From NCBI RefSeq assembly GCF_009914755.1, contig NC_060946.1: DNA of 64,000 nt. The stretch is one strand, 5' to 3'. Position 1 is the stretch's first letter; each line of letters starts with the position of its first letter. The translations under genes were made by a program, and so were the position numbers. Below the pieces are notes generated by a model. That model saw only the letters and a list, made by a program, of their open reading frames with translations. It was not told the DNA's origin and did no database searches. Shown in pieces: positions 20,218 through 36,256 of this stretch. The stretch comes from the human T2T-CHM13v2.0 reference genome, Homo sapiens.

Positions 20218-23200
20218 TAGCCAGGATGGTCTCGATCTCCTGACCTCGTGATCCGCCTGCCTCAGCCTCCCAAACTGCTGAGATTGCAGGCGTGAGCCAC
20301 CGTGTCCAGCCCATCCTGTTTTTTTCACTTAACATTATGTCATGTAATTGAAATTCCTACGTAAGCAAAATCTCTGTGGAAGCATTATTTTTAGTGGCTG
20401 TGTAATCTATTATGTGGACGTACCAGTTTATTTAACCAGGTAATGGGAGCTAGTTGGGGAGAAAAAGAGACGTTAAAATCATGGAGCCCTTTGGAAGGTT
20501 CGGCAGATCTGGGTTAGGTACCCTATAGGGTATGTGAGCCAGGCAGGCCAGGGCTGAAGGGCACTGAGAGTCAAAGGCTTTTCTTCTTCCCTTAGTCCCA
20601 GCCCTTGCTGCCTTACCATGAATTATGCACTTGTTCCTTGTACTGTGTCTACATCCTCCCCAGCATTCCCTGTCTTCAGGTACTATGTACACACTTCTGT
20701 CAGTTCCCAGTACACTGGGTTGCCTTGTTGGTTCACTTGTCTGTGTCTCCCTTTAGACTGAAAAAAAAGTTTTATTTCTGTATCTTGAATGCCTGGCAAA
20801 TAATAGGATCTTTAATGAATCTTTGAAGATTCATTCCTATCTACTAAGTAGATAGGAAGATTAGAGGGAACCAGAGAAAAGGACCAGTGCAGCCCCAATG
20901 AAAAGAAGCCAGTCCTTTCAGCCTTCTCTGTTCTTCTGATCCTGTATTTGAGGGCCAAATCTCCATGGGCTAGCCTAGGAACCTAAACACCACTTAGACT
21001 TTAAAATTTCAAAGCTGGTTTATGTGTTTCCAAGTTCCAATAAACTTATTCAGAGTTCTTCCCATTCCAGCCTTCTATGAGTGTGATGTAGACATTCTTG
21101 GAATGCAGGTCCCATTTCTGCCTACGTGTGGTCCAGCAGCAGTCTAATGAGCAGCGTAGACAGGCTCAGGCATGCCAGGGTTCCTGGCAGAAAGCTTCTG
21201 TGTGAATAAGCATGTGCTCACAGAAATGAGACCTCTGCTGGGATCATGCCTGTTATTTATCACCCAAATTCATAGTCTTCATATCTAAGATTAACATTTC
21301 TAGGTGTCTCACTACACCCTGGTCTAGAAATTCTTGGAGTTAAAGGGACAGAAAAGGCAGATGATGAATTCCTACAGTTCTCTAGAACTTGATAATTGAA
21401 TTTAAGAATGCTACAGAGAAATTTCCTCATGAGATCAAGTTCCCTGGTGGTTCCTGCAGGGATATTCAACTCTCGTGTTCTCTTTCTTGCTCAATTCCTG
21501 TGAGGTGGGCCAGACCAAGTAGACCAAAGGCCAGCTCTGGGAAGGTAATATATTGAAGATACTGGGTCAGTCAACTTCAGCCGCCAGGCTCTGTGTTCCT
21601 ACAGGATCATTAAGTATTGCAAATCCGCGTTAGTCCCAGCACCACATGTGTTGCCCTGGACATCTCAAAGTTAGGACTGTTTTTTAAAACTAGGTGTGAA
21701 CTTATTTCTTAAAATGATCAGCTGTGTTCCAGTTGGACTAAATGCTGATTGATCTGAATTCAGCAGATTTGTCCCTTACCCCCCAAGTTTATCTGACCTC
21801 TCTGTAGTCCCTGTGGATTGTAGCTGGATAGGCCCTGAGGTTTCTGTCCTTCTAAAATACTGTATTTTGTTGGTATTGCTTTGTGCTATTGATAGAGCTG
21901 TACCCTCTTCTAGAGCTGGGTTTCCAAAACTCTGTTAATTAGAGAATCATCTAGGGTAGAAAGTGAGGGCTACATTAAAAGCATACAGATTCTTAGGCCT
22001 GATCTAGGTCCAGATCCTATTTAAATCTCTGAAGGGATCTGGGAACCAGATCTTTCGTGGGGTGAGAGGATGCTTTGTTTAAGAAAAACAGGCAAAAACA
22101 ACAACGAAAGGAAAAACAGGTGAGTTTGATGGAGCCCCTTGTTTAGAATTCTTAAAATTAATCTATGTGCCTTCAGCTCCTGTACTAGACTCCAAGACCT
22201 CAACTTGGTCTTATTCCTCTTTGTAACTCCTCCACAGTTGGTAGCACCAGACCTCAAATGTAATTGGCATTGGAAAACTGCTGGTTGGTTGAATGAATAA
22301 GTGGATGAGTGATTAATTTACTCTGTACTCATTTCAAACAGCACAAAAGTTACAACATTGCACGATAAATTTGAGGGAAGACAAAAACCAGGTATTTAAT
22401 TTTGTAAAGCAGCATGTTAATAGAAAAACATAAGAATGAAGAGAGTGCTGAATATTGTGTTAGGAAGTCTGAATTTGGCATTGCGTGGTGTCCTGGCCTT
22501 AGGCAGTCCTCTAATGTCCCTGGCCCAGTGTCCTCATCTGTAAAATGGCATGAGGATAAAATGCAGCGATAGATGTGAAATGCTTTGAAAACTAGAGAGT
22601 GGATTCTGGTCAGGAGAAAAGAATGGTCAGGGTAGGGACAGAGGCACAGAACTAGCCACAACAAGGTTGCTCTGTGGTTAGGTGAAAGTCTATAGCTTCT
22701 ACAGGGACCATGAGAAATTTTAGCAGGATGGCCATATAGGTATGCTCAGGACCTGATTCTCTTTCTGCCTAGTTCCTGAGCCGATCAGGAACCTCTATGT
22801 TTTGGGCCACTGTCCCAGTCCTGGTAGACCCATATGGTTCTGTAGGTGCTCAGTAGACAATCCCCAGGGGAAGCTGCTGATTTCTGCCATGCCACCTTGG
22901 TGTACTGAGATTCCTGTGCATAGGTGTAGGAGAAGGTGAGAAGAGGTGGCTCCAGGGATGAGTATGCAGCTGTGGGGCCCAGAATATGTTACAAAGAAAA
23001 GTTGGTGACCAGCCAGCTGGGAGTTGACCAAAGTCAGTCATGCGTGCCCATCCTCACTCAGCAAATATTTGAGTGCCTGCTAGGATGAGGCTGTAGATCC
23101 TGGGTGGGGACCATGTGGTGTCTACTAAGATTTACAAGGAGAGTGATATGGCCTGCCTACAGTTGGGACATGCAGGCCTGTCTCAGTGCCTGGCCTGGCA

Positions 23201-24433
23201 CAAGGCTGCCACTCCCTGCAAACTCTGAGCTGACCTGTTACTGTCCCTTAACCATTCCTACTCCAACACCTACCTTGATCCTGGTTGTCCCCTCATGCCT
23301 GTGTGTAGGAGTATGGGCCATGCACAGCTTTGTTGGGTCCACGAAGTGGGGTGGCAGTGGACCAGGTTACATGGTATGAAATGTGTGCCTCCCCAACAGC
23401 AACAGCCCTGTCCTGCCTTGGAGGGCCCTCCAGGTCACTGTGTTATTTCATAAGGCCACCTCAGTAGCCATGTAGGAGGCATGATACTCTCACTTTTCAG
23501 GTGAGAAAAGAGATTCAAATCATCAAGAGATCTACCGTGGCCATATGGACAGTCAGTGATGGAACCAGGACTTGAACTCAGAACTTTCAGGATTGGGGAA
23601 AACCAGAACATGGGGTGGAAACCAGAACATGGCGGGGGGGTGGGGGGTAGGAAATTTTATGTATTATTATTCTTTTGACTGATTTCAAAAGTAATACATG
23701 TAAAGGCCGGGTGCAGTGGCTCACACGTGTAATCCCAGCACTTTGGAAGGCTGAGGTGGGTGGATCACCTGAGGTCAGGAGTTCAAGAGCAGCCTGGCCA
23801 ACATGGCGAAACCCTGTCTCTACTAAAAAGTACAAAAATTAGCTGGGCGTGGTGGTGGGCACCTATAAGCCCAGCTACTCAGGAAGCTGAGGCAGGGAGA
23901 ATTGCTTGAACCCGGGAGGTGGAGGTTGCAGTGAGCCGAGATCACACCACTGCATTCCAGCTTGGGTGACAGACTGAGACTTGTCTCAAAAAAAAAGAAG
24001 AAAAAAAAGTAATACAGTTGAGTATGTTCTTCCACATTGTTAAAGACTTTTTTTTTTTTTTTTAATACAATCAGAGTCTCGCTCTAATTGCCCAGGCTGG
24101 AGTGCAGTGGTACATTCATAGCTCTCTGCAGCCTCAAACTCCTGGGCATAAGTAATCCTCCTACCTTGGCCTCCCAAAGTACTAGGGTTACAGGCATGAG
24201 CCACCATGCCTGGCCTAAAGCCATTTTCTAATACCTATATTCATTATTGTAACATATGTAAAATACTTCACATTTTATGATTTCCTTTTTAAAAATGTTC
24301 TTGTGAAAGTAATACTTATTTGTTATAAAACATTGAAACAGGGTAAGAATATAATAATTCAATGTCTCCTAGCCCTTATAATCCCAGAAATAACTGTTGA
24401 TGGTTTAATGTGTATTTTCTAGGCATTTTCTCT

Positions 24434-24436
<3 letters not shown>

Positions 24437-24480
<44 letters not shown>
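24437..24480. repeat. (TG)22 microsatellite
   Basis: Directly visible. Confidence 0.95.
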
Positions 24481-24482
<2 letters not shown>

Positions 24483-25068
24483 TGCCTGTCTGTCTGTGTA
24501 TGGATCCACACACATACATACTCATATACATACTTAGTTTTTACCCAAATAAGTTTATATACATACTCTTCTACAACTTAATCTTTTTAAAAAATACCTT
24601 TTATTGGGGCTAGGCATGGTGGCTCACTGGGAGGCTGAGGCAGGAGAATTGCTTGAGCCCAGGAGTTTGAGACTACCCTGGGCAACATAGACCTTGTTTC
24701 TACAAAATAATTTAAAAATTAGCTGAGCATGGTGGTGTGCACCTGTAGTCCTAGCTGCTTGGGAGGCTGAGGCAGGGGATTGCTTGAGCCCAGGAGGTTG
24801 AGCTTGCAGTGAGCTGTGATTGCACCACTGCACTCCAGCCTGGGCAACAGAGCGAGACCATCTCAAAAAAAAGAAAAAAAAAATACCTTTTATTGTAATT
24901 TTCAAACACACACACAGACTATTACAGTGAACCTCCATTCATCACCCAGCTTCAACAACCAACTTCCTTGTTCTTGTTTCATCTTTTCTCTCCATTTTTA
25001 TTTTTTTCCCCTGGAGTATTTTAAAGCAAATCCCAAACATTGTATTGCTTCAAAAATATGTGTCTCTA

Positions 25069-25550
25069 CATGCACACGTATGTTTATTGCGGGACTACTC
25101 ACAATAGTAAAGACTTGGAACCAAGCCAGATGTCCAACAATGGTAGACTGGATTAAGAAAATGTGGCACATATACACCATGGAATACTATGCAGCCATAA
25201 AAAATGATGAGTTCATGTCCTTTGTAGGGACGTGGATGAAGCTGGAAACCATCATTCTCAGCAAACTATCGCAAGGACAAAAAACCAAACACCTCATGTT
25301 CTCACTCATAGGTGGGAAATGAACAACGAGAACACTTGGACACAGGAAGGGGAACATCACACACCTGGGCCTGTTGTGGGGTGGGGAGAGGGGGAAGGGA
25401 TAGCATTAGGAGGTATACCTAATGTAAATGACGAGTTAATGGGTGCAGCACACCAACATAGCACATGTATACATATGTAACAAACCTGCACGTTGTGCAC
25501 ATGTACCCTAGAACTTAAAGTATAATAAAAATATATATATATTTAAAAAA
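25069..25550 (+). mobile_element. 5'-truncated L1PA element (ORF2 C-terminus + 3'UTR)
   Basis: Translates as CTRMFIAG...WIKKMWHIYTMEYYAAIKNDEFMSFVGTWMKLETIILSKLSQ...MFSLIGGK*. G-rich 3'UTR, AATAAA at 25524-25529, and TSD ATGTGTCTCTA at 25058-25068 and 25551-25561. Confidence 0.95.
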
Positions 25551-25653
25551 ATGTGTCTCTAGCAGATCAGGTTTTGTTTAAAAAAAAAAACACAATATCA
25601 TTATTATACCCAACAAAATTAACAGTAATTCCTTTTTTTTTTTTTTTTTTTGA

Positions 25654-25758
<105 letters not shown>

Positions 25759-25832
25759 TGACTGTCTGGGGCTACAGGTGTGTACCACCACACCCAGCTA
25801 ATTTTTTATTTTTATTTATTTATTTTTTTTGA

Positions 25833-26306
<474 letters not shown>

Positions 26307-26426
26307 TAGAACTTTATTGTTTGTCCTGTAGAAAGTCCCACATTCTGGATTTGGCTGATGACATCTTCATGGAGTCGTTTAATACTTGCACCTATCCTCC
26401 ATATTTTCTGTAAATGGGTAATTTAT

Positions 26427-26466
<40 letters not shown>

Positions 26467-26471
26467 TTTGA

Positions 26472-26732
<261 letters not shown>

Positions 26733-26913
26733 TGAGCCACCATGCCTGGCTGGTAATTCATTTTAGATGCTTGATTAGTGTCTGAGTTTTAACGCAAACA
26801 TGTTTCATTGGTGGTGCTGTGTACTTCTGTTGCATCACATCAGGAGGCTGATGTGACTGATCTGACTTTATGGTTGTCTTTCCAAAATCTATATGCATAA
26901 TTTTTAATTTTTT

Positions 26914-28492
26914 TTTTTTTAATTTTAGTATTTATTGATCATTCTTGGGTGTTTCTCGGAGAGGGGGATTTGGCAGGGTCATAGGACAATAGTGGAGGGA
27001 AGGTCAGCAGATAAACATGTGAACAAAGGTCTCTGGTTTTCCTAGGCAGAGGGCCCTGCCGCCTTCCGCAGTGTTTGTGTCCCTGGGTAGTTGAGATTAG
27101 GGAGTGGTGATGACTCTTAACGAGTATGCTGCCTTCAAGCATCTGTTTAACAAAGCACATCTTGCACCGCCCTTAATCCATTTAACCCTTAGTGGACACA
27201 GCACATGTTTCAGAGAGCAGGGGTTGGGGGTAAGGTTATAGATTAACAGCATCCCAAGGCAGAAGAATTTTTCCTAGTACAGAACAAAATGGAGTCTGCT
27301 ATGTCTACTTCTTTCTACACAGACACAATAACAATCTGATCTCTCTTTCTTTTCCCCACATTTCCCCCTTTTCTATTCGACAAAACCGCTATTGTCATCA
27401 TGGCCCGTTCTCAATGAGCTGTTGGGTACACCTCCCAGACGGGGTGGCGGCCGGGCAGAGGGGCTCCCCACCTCCCGGACGGGGCAGCTGTCCAGGCGGG
27501 GGCTGCCCCCGAGCTCCCGGACGGGGCAGCTGGCCGGGCGGGGGCTGCCCCCCCCCACCTCCCGGACGGGGCGGCTGGCCGGTCGGGGGCTGCCCCTCCC
27601 TTCCCGGACGGGGCGGCTGGCCGGGCGGGGGCTGCCCACCACCTCCTGGACGGGGCAGCTGCCGGGCAGAGACGCTCCTCACTTCCCGGACGGGGCGGCT
27701 GCCGGGCAGAGGGGCTCCTCACTTCTCAGACAGGGTGGCAGGTCAGAGACGCTCCTCACCTCCCAGACGGGTGGCGGTGGGGCAGAGACATTCCTCAGTT
27801 CCCAGACGGGGTCGCGGCCTGGCAGAGGCACTCCTCACATCTCAGACGGGGTGGCGGGGCAGAGGCGCTCCCCACATCCCAGAGGATGGGAGGCCAGGGA
27901 GAGACTCTCCTCACTTCCTAGACGGGATGACCGCCGGGGAGAGGCGCTCCTCACTTCCCAGACTGGGCGGCTGGGCAGAGGGGCTCCTCACATCCCAGAC
28001 GATGGGCGGCCAGGCAGAGACGCTCCTCACTTCCTAGACGGGGTGGCGGCCGGGCAGAGGCTGCAATCTCGGCACTTTGGGAGGCCAAGGCAGGCGGCTG
28101 GGAGGTGGAGGTTGTAGCGATCCGAGATCACGCCACTGCACTCCAGCCTGGGCAACATTGAGCACTGAGTGAGCGAGACTCCGTCTGCAATCCTGGCACC
28201 TCGGGAGGCCGAGGCTGGCAGACCACTGGCGGTCAGGAGCTGGAGACCAGCCCGGCCAACACGGCAAAACCCCGTCTCCACCAAAAAATATGAAAACCAG
28301 TCAGGTGTGGCGGCGCGCGCCTGCAATCCCAGGCACTCGGCAGGCTGAGGCAGGAGAATCAGGCAGGGAGGCTGCAGTGAGCCAAGATGGCGGCAGTACT
28401 GTCCAGCCTCAGCTCGGCATCAGAGGGAGACCGTGCAAAGGGGAGACGAGGACCGTGCAAAGGGGAGAGGGAGGGGGAGGGGGAGGGAGAGC
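26914..28492 (-). mobile_element. Full-length SVA retrotransposon, antisense to RNF185
   Basis: Read on the minus strand: degenerate (CCCTCT)n head ~28461-28490, Alu-like domain ~28060-28420, GC-rich VNTR ~27430-28060, SINE-R ~26931-27420, AATAAA (TTTATT 26931-26936), then poly(A). TSD AATTTTTAATTTTTT at 26899-26913 and 28493-28507. Confidence 0.96.
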
Positions 28493-29823
28493 AATTTTTA
28501 ATTTTTTAAGATTTTTTTTTTTTTTTTAAAAAGAAACACACATAGGTTGGGTACTTAGGATTGATTGTTGAGCTGGAATAATGAGGAAAGATAGTAATGT
28601 GGCCCTCAAAAGTGGGTTTTATCCTAAGATGAAGAGAGCACATGTAATATGAAGAAGAGGAAGGTCAGAGAGAAGGTCTTGGAGCCGAGGCCAGCGCACG
28701 AAACTGGTGCCGCCAGCATCCAGCTACCCTTCTGGGACATTATGTAAAATGATGTAACTGAGTGAAAAAGTGGTGAGCTGGCCTCCTCTCTCTGCTCAAG
28801 TCACTGAGCTGGTATCGTGGTGAGGGATACTCATGAGGCCAGAGCTCTGAGTCCACCGTGTGAAGGCAGGAAGCTTTCTGGGTCTGAGAAGGCTGTAACT
28901 TTTTTGGTCCTTGTCTTCTCATACTCTGGAAGCTGACATCAGGGTGACCTTCTGGTGTTCCAGTGGTAAGTCCTAAATTTGTGAAGGGGCCGCTTGTTTT
29001 GGAGGTAACAGTAGGTTAAGATGACCTGGAGAGGCACAGTCTAAGAGCTGGAGGGGGCCACCCAGGACACCAGGGAGTCCAGTGCCTCATTTTACAGATG
29101 AGAAAATTATGATCAGTAGAGGGAAAGGGAGGTTCCCAGAACCACCTAGCAAGCTAGAGGCTGAGTCCAGTATCCAGGCCTCCACTTCTCTGACTGTGGT
29201 AGCCAGCGAACATTTCCTACTTGGAATTTCTGAGGTGATGAGGGTGGCCAGATAAGGCTCCTGACAGATTGTTAATGTGCATCCAGAATTCCTGGGTATC
29301 CCTTGGTGTTGGTTTTATTCTCTTTCTTGTTCAACTCCTGGCTGGGTTCTTTGACTTGGAGGTGGTGGTCAACAGTGGTCTGTTTATACCAGCATTTAGT
29401 GGCCAGTTTAGTATGTAGTGGTACGGTGCAAACAGGGTGTCCATGAGTCCCAGTCTCAGCCCCACATTAGTCAGCTAGCCAAGGTAACTGCAGTTTCCTA
29501 AAGAAATTGGACCAGATCAAGATTGTCCAAAACATAGTATGAGTGTGCCAGGTGATGTCAGGTGGTATGAGGGTAAACTTTTCATTTGTTACTTTTATAT
29601 TAACCTTTTTACTTATGGTAAGTATTACTGGTTTTCCATTTATTACAGTGACATAAACCTCTTCTTTAAATGTACTGAGGCTAAAAAGTTGATATATTTA
29701 GATAAAATAAGGTGAATAGTATTCCAATGTGGCAGAAGGAGGATTGAAAAAGATTGCAATATGGAAGACCTTGGACCAGATGATCTTTCTGGTCCTTATT
29801 AGCTTCCTATCCTTTCATAGTTA

Positions 29824-30200
<377 letters not shown>

Positions 30201-30626
30201 TCAATATGGAGGCTGGACAGCCTGAACATTCCATTTAATGTAGCATGTATTTGTCACCTGGGTTGATTGTCATGGGGGAATCTAAAGACAAGTGAGACAA
30301 GGTCCTGGTTCCTGTGGAGAACCATCTGGAGGCTGCTCTGTATTTGGTGGAGTTTGCGTATCTGTGTGATATATTCTGGACCATATTCATGAGAAGTTTC
30401 TGGGTCACTGCCCTTTGGGTAGTGCCCTACAACTCTTGTCTTCTGTAGCGCTTTGGGAAGTCTGCTCAGGGATTCAGTCATAATCAGCTCTGGAGCCTAG
30501 AGAAGACAGGAATGTTGGCATGGAAGCTGGGGGGAGAGGGCTGCAGAAATGGGCAGTCAAGAGTTCTCTGCCTTTTAGGATTTCCCTGGGGAAAGTCTTC
30601 ACTCAGAGCTTCGCTGACAGCCAAGG

Positions 30627-30802
30627 ATGGCAAGCAAGGGGCCCTCGGCCTCTGCATCTCCTGAGAACTCCAGTGCAGGGGGGCCCAGTGGGAGCAGCAA
30701 TGGCGCTGGCGAGAGCGGAGGGCAGGACAGCACTTTCGAGTGCAACATCTGCTTGGACACAGCCAAGGATGCCGTCATCAGCCTGTGTGGCCACCTCTTC
30801 TG
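30627..30802 (+). CDS. RNF185: RNF185 exon 2 coding part (exon starts 30579): [10 protein letters not shown]...[22 protein letters not shown]
   Basis: Acceptor TTTTAG|G at 30578/9, in-frame upstream TGA at 30615-30617, strong Kozak AAGGATGG, donor TG|GTCAGT. Contains RING ligands C39, C42, C54 and H56. Confidence 0.97.
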
Positions 30803-32085
30803 GTCAGTACCCCTACTTCCACCCCAGAGAGCACATTGCCAAGTTTGGAAAGCCTGTGGCCCTGGGTGGTTTGGAGCAGAATGCTTCCTGCTCACTTTGG
30901 GAATACACTCAGGCTCAAGGGACAAGAGACCTGAGTTCCCATCCCAGCTCTGCTACCAATGAGCTGGATGACCTTGGGCAAATCCTGTCTCCACTCTAAG
31001 CTCGTTCTCCCCATCTCTAAAGTAATAATACTTACCATTTAGTGAGCACTTACTACCTGCTACTTGCTGTGCTGAGCCTAGAGGCAGTATAGCATAATGG
31101 TTATAAGCAAGGACTGTGGAACTGGGCTTCCTCCTTTTGAAGCTTGACTCTGCCACCTTCCTGTTTGACCTTGGACAAGGTACTTACACACATTCTGCCT
31201 CATTTTACAGGGTCGTTTGCAAGCATTAAATGACTCAAAATATGTAAAAGGCTTAGAAGAGCACATAGCTTGCAGTAAATACTATGTGTTAGCTATGACT
31301 ATAATTGTTACTATATTTTATGTTTATATATAGATAGATACACTCATCAAAATGAAGTGTCAAGGTCGGTGTCTGTTCCAGCCTTGACGGTTACAGGAGC
31401 CCTTTCTGGCTCTGAGAACCTAGGTGCTAGGTGAAGGTCGGATTTTGGTTTTGTGTGTGTGTGTGTGTTTTTTTTTGTCTTGAGATTTTGAGCTGAACCT
31501 TGAAAGGTCGATCAAAAAATGCTAGGTAAAGGCGAAGGGTGTGTGTGTCACTCCAAGGCAGGGAGTTTCTAGGGACAGGCACATGCACTGTTGGACTCAT
31601 CTGAGACCCTTGAGGCTACTGTATACCTCTCACAGCACTCTGGATGAGGGTCTGGGAGTGTTAGGAAAAATAATGGTTACAGTAGTGTTGAGCCAGATTA
31701 TCAAACCCAGATTCGACTAAAGGGACATAGAGGTAATGAATATTTTTGAGCAGAGAAATCGTGTGAAGAAAAGGCCGTTTAAACAATATTTAAGGGATTT
31801 TAAGTTGGCAACAGCGTAAAACATCAATTTATTGGTGAATAAATAGAATGGAGCAGAGATTTTTGTTCTTGAGGCTCTTGCCCTAATTACCATCTTGTGT
31901 AAAAGCTGTTGTGATCCACATTCTCCTAGAAATTCAGGATACTTCAGGGTATCGTAAAACCAGGACTTGAAATGATTGACAAAATTAAGAATTCAAAGAC
32001 AGGATACCCCTGATTTGATTATGTGAATGTATCAAATTATCACATATAACATAAAAAATATGTACAGCTATTATGGCTGGGCTCA

Positions 32086-32202
<117 letters not shown>

Positions 32203-32292
32203 TCAGGCATGGTGGCGGTACCTGTAGTCCTAGCTACTCGGGAGACTGAGGTGGGAGGAAGGCTTGAGCCCAGGAATTCGAGGCTACAGTGA

Positions 32293-32762
<470 letters not shown>

Positions 32763-32802
32763 TTATGTATTTTATATATATATTAACTATACATATATTT
32801 AA

Positions 32803-33428
<626 letters not shown>

Positions 33429-33643
33429 TGAGCCACCATGCCTGCTATCAATTTTTTTTTTAAAGGCAGAATGCCATTGGAAAGAACACAGACTCTAAAA
33501 TGAAACAGATGCTTCCAGTCTGGATGGTGCATCCCTGAGCAAATCTGCTAGCTTCCCTGTACTTTGGTTTCCTCATCTGTAAGATGGAGATGATGGTACT
33601 GCCTCATAGGTTAATGTGACCGTCCAGTGACATTAAGAAATGA

Positions 33644-34694
<1,051 letters not shown>

Positions 34695-35068
34695 TCGTTG
34701 CTTAATAAATGGGAGGAATGGTGGTCGTTATAAAGCCTGACTTTCCCCTGAGGGTCATCCATTCACCTCCACTTCTCCCCTAGAGCCTTTAAGGGAACTT
34801 GCCAGTGGAGATCTGCCATGATTTGGGGTTATTCTCCACTCAGTTTAGAATGACATTGCAAGATTAATGTTGGAGTCAGATGTTATGGCCAGGAAGATTG
34901 TGTATTTGGTTTGTGAAGCTAAACTGTGGTTCAGGAATTGGAAAAGGAACTATCCTTTGAGTTCAAAGTGTACTCAGCTAAAGATACTTGGTATGTGAGG
35001 TACAGAAGCCATGCCTGCATTTTCCACTGTCCTGGCCTACATAGTAGGTACACAGTAGATATGTGTTA

Positions 35069-35236
<168 letters not shown>

Positions 35237-36237
35237 TTAGCTGGGCGTGGTGGCACACACCTATAATCCCAGCTACTCAGGAGGCTGAGGCAGGAGAATC
35301 GCTTGAACCTGGGAGGTGGAGGTTGCAGTGAGCTGAGTGAGCTGCACTCCAGCTTGGGCAACAAGAACAAAACTTCGTCTCAAAAAAAAAAAAAAAAAAA
35401 AGTGGAGTTGAATACTTTTCTTTCAATTCTGTAGATATCATTTTTTTTTTGTATGTGGTGTTAGATTATAGAAAGGGCAATGAACTAGAAGTCAGGAGAC
35501 TTTTTTTTTTAATCCTGATGCAGTTCATTTTATGTTTCTGAGCTTTGGTTTCCTCATTTGAAAATGGAGAGAGATTGGACAGCAGCTCTCTAAGCTGAAG
35601 GTAACCCTTTCTGTCAAGTAGCATCCCCATCCTTTCTATTACTTAAAGATGCTTTTAGAGTAGACCTGAACTTTTAAGCTGCTTCCTGCTAGGAGAGTTC
35701 TCAAGGATGAGGACAGCCTGAAGATTTTGTTAAACTGGATCTGGACTACCTGAGAGTCCACACATCCCTTGTGAGCCCGAGGAGACTATGAACCCACTGA
35801 AATTGAGTGTAAAATAGTGTGTAGTACATGTGTATGTGAATGCCCCCATCAATTTTTTGCACAGGGTGTCCTTAGCTTTTATTGGATTCCTTCAGATGTT
35901 GTAACCTCTCACAGGGTGATTTGTAGAGAAGCTGGGTCTGTGTGGTCTGAGCCCTGGGGATTTCACATATACTGAGATCTCAGGGGCAGAGGCTGGGGTC
36001 TTATCTCCATTGCGTTATTTATTTTCTGTGATTTTTACCCCAGTTTTTTTTTAATTTCCGATACCAGTAATCCCTACAGAACCTCAATGGGCATGCAGTG
36101 CTCCATAGTTTACTCCTGTTTTCTCATTCTGCTACTACCACTCCACCCATCAAGTGTTTCTGCTAATGAAAACATTTTTCTTCCTTTCCCCTTTTCTCCT
36201 TCTCCTTGATGACTGGTTGCCCTGGGGACTCTGGCAG

Positions 36238-36256
36238 TTGGCCGTGTTTACATCAG
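36238..36256 (+). CDS. RNF185: RNF185 exon 3, 19-nt microexon: (C)WPCLHQ
   Basis: CAG|TTGGCCGTGTTTACATCAG|GTAAGA. It completes the C59 codon, supplies C62 and restores the frame into exon 4. Confidence 0.95.

Noticed and set aside
24816-25322. 168-aa ORF ending in L1 ORF2 sequence
   Set aside because: Chance fusion of an Alu tail, old repeat and truncated L1; no endonuclease or RT domain.
27430-28060. Repeat-spacer-like periodicity suggesting a CRISPR-type array
   Set aside because: It is the SVA VNTR; primate DNA with no unique spacers or cas genes.
27373-28529. 241-aa and 207-aa Gly/Arg/Pro-rich ORFs
   Set aside because: Stop-poor frames through the SVA VNTR and Alu-like domain.
36060-36178. 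Possible H/ACA snoRNA upstream of the microexon (ACAGAA ... ACATTT)
   Set aside because: No convincing two-hairpin fold or box spacing; better explained as splice-signal context.
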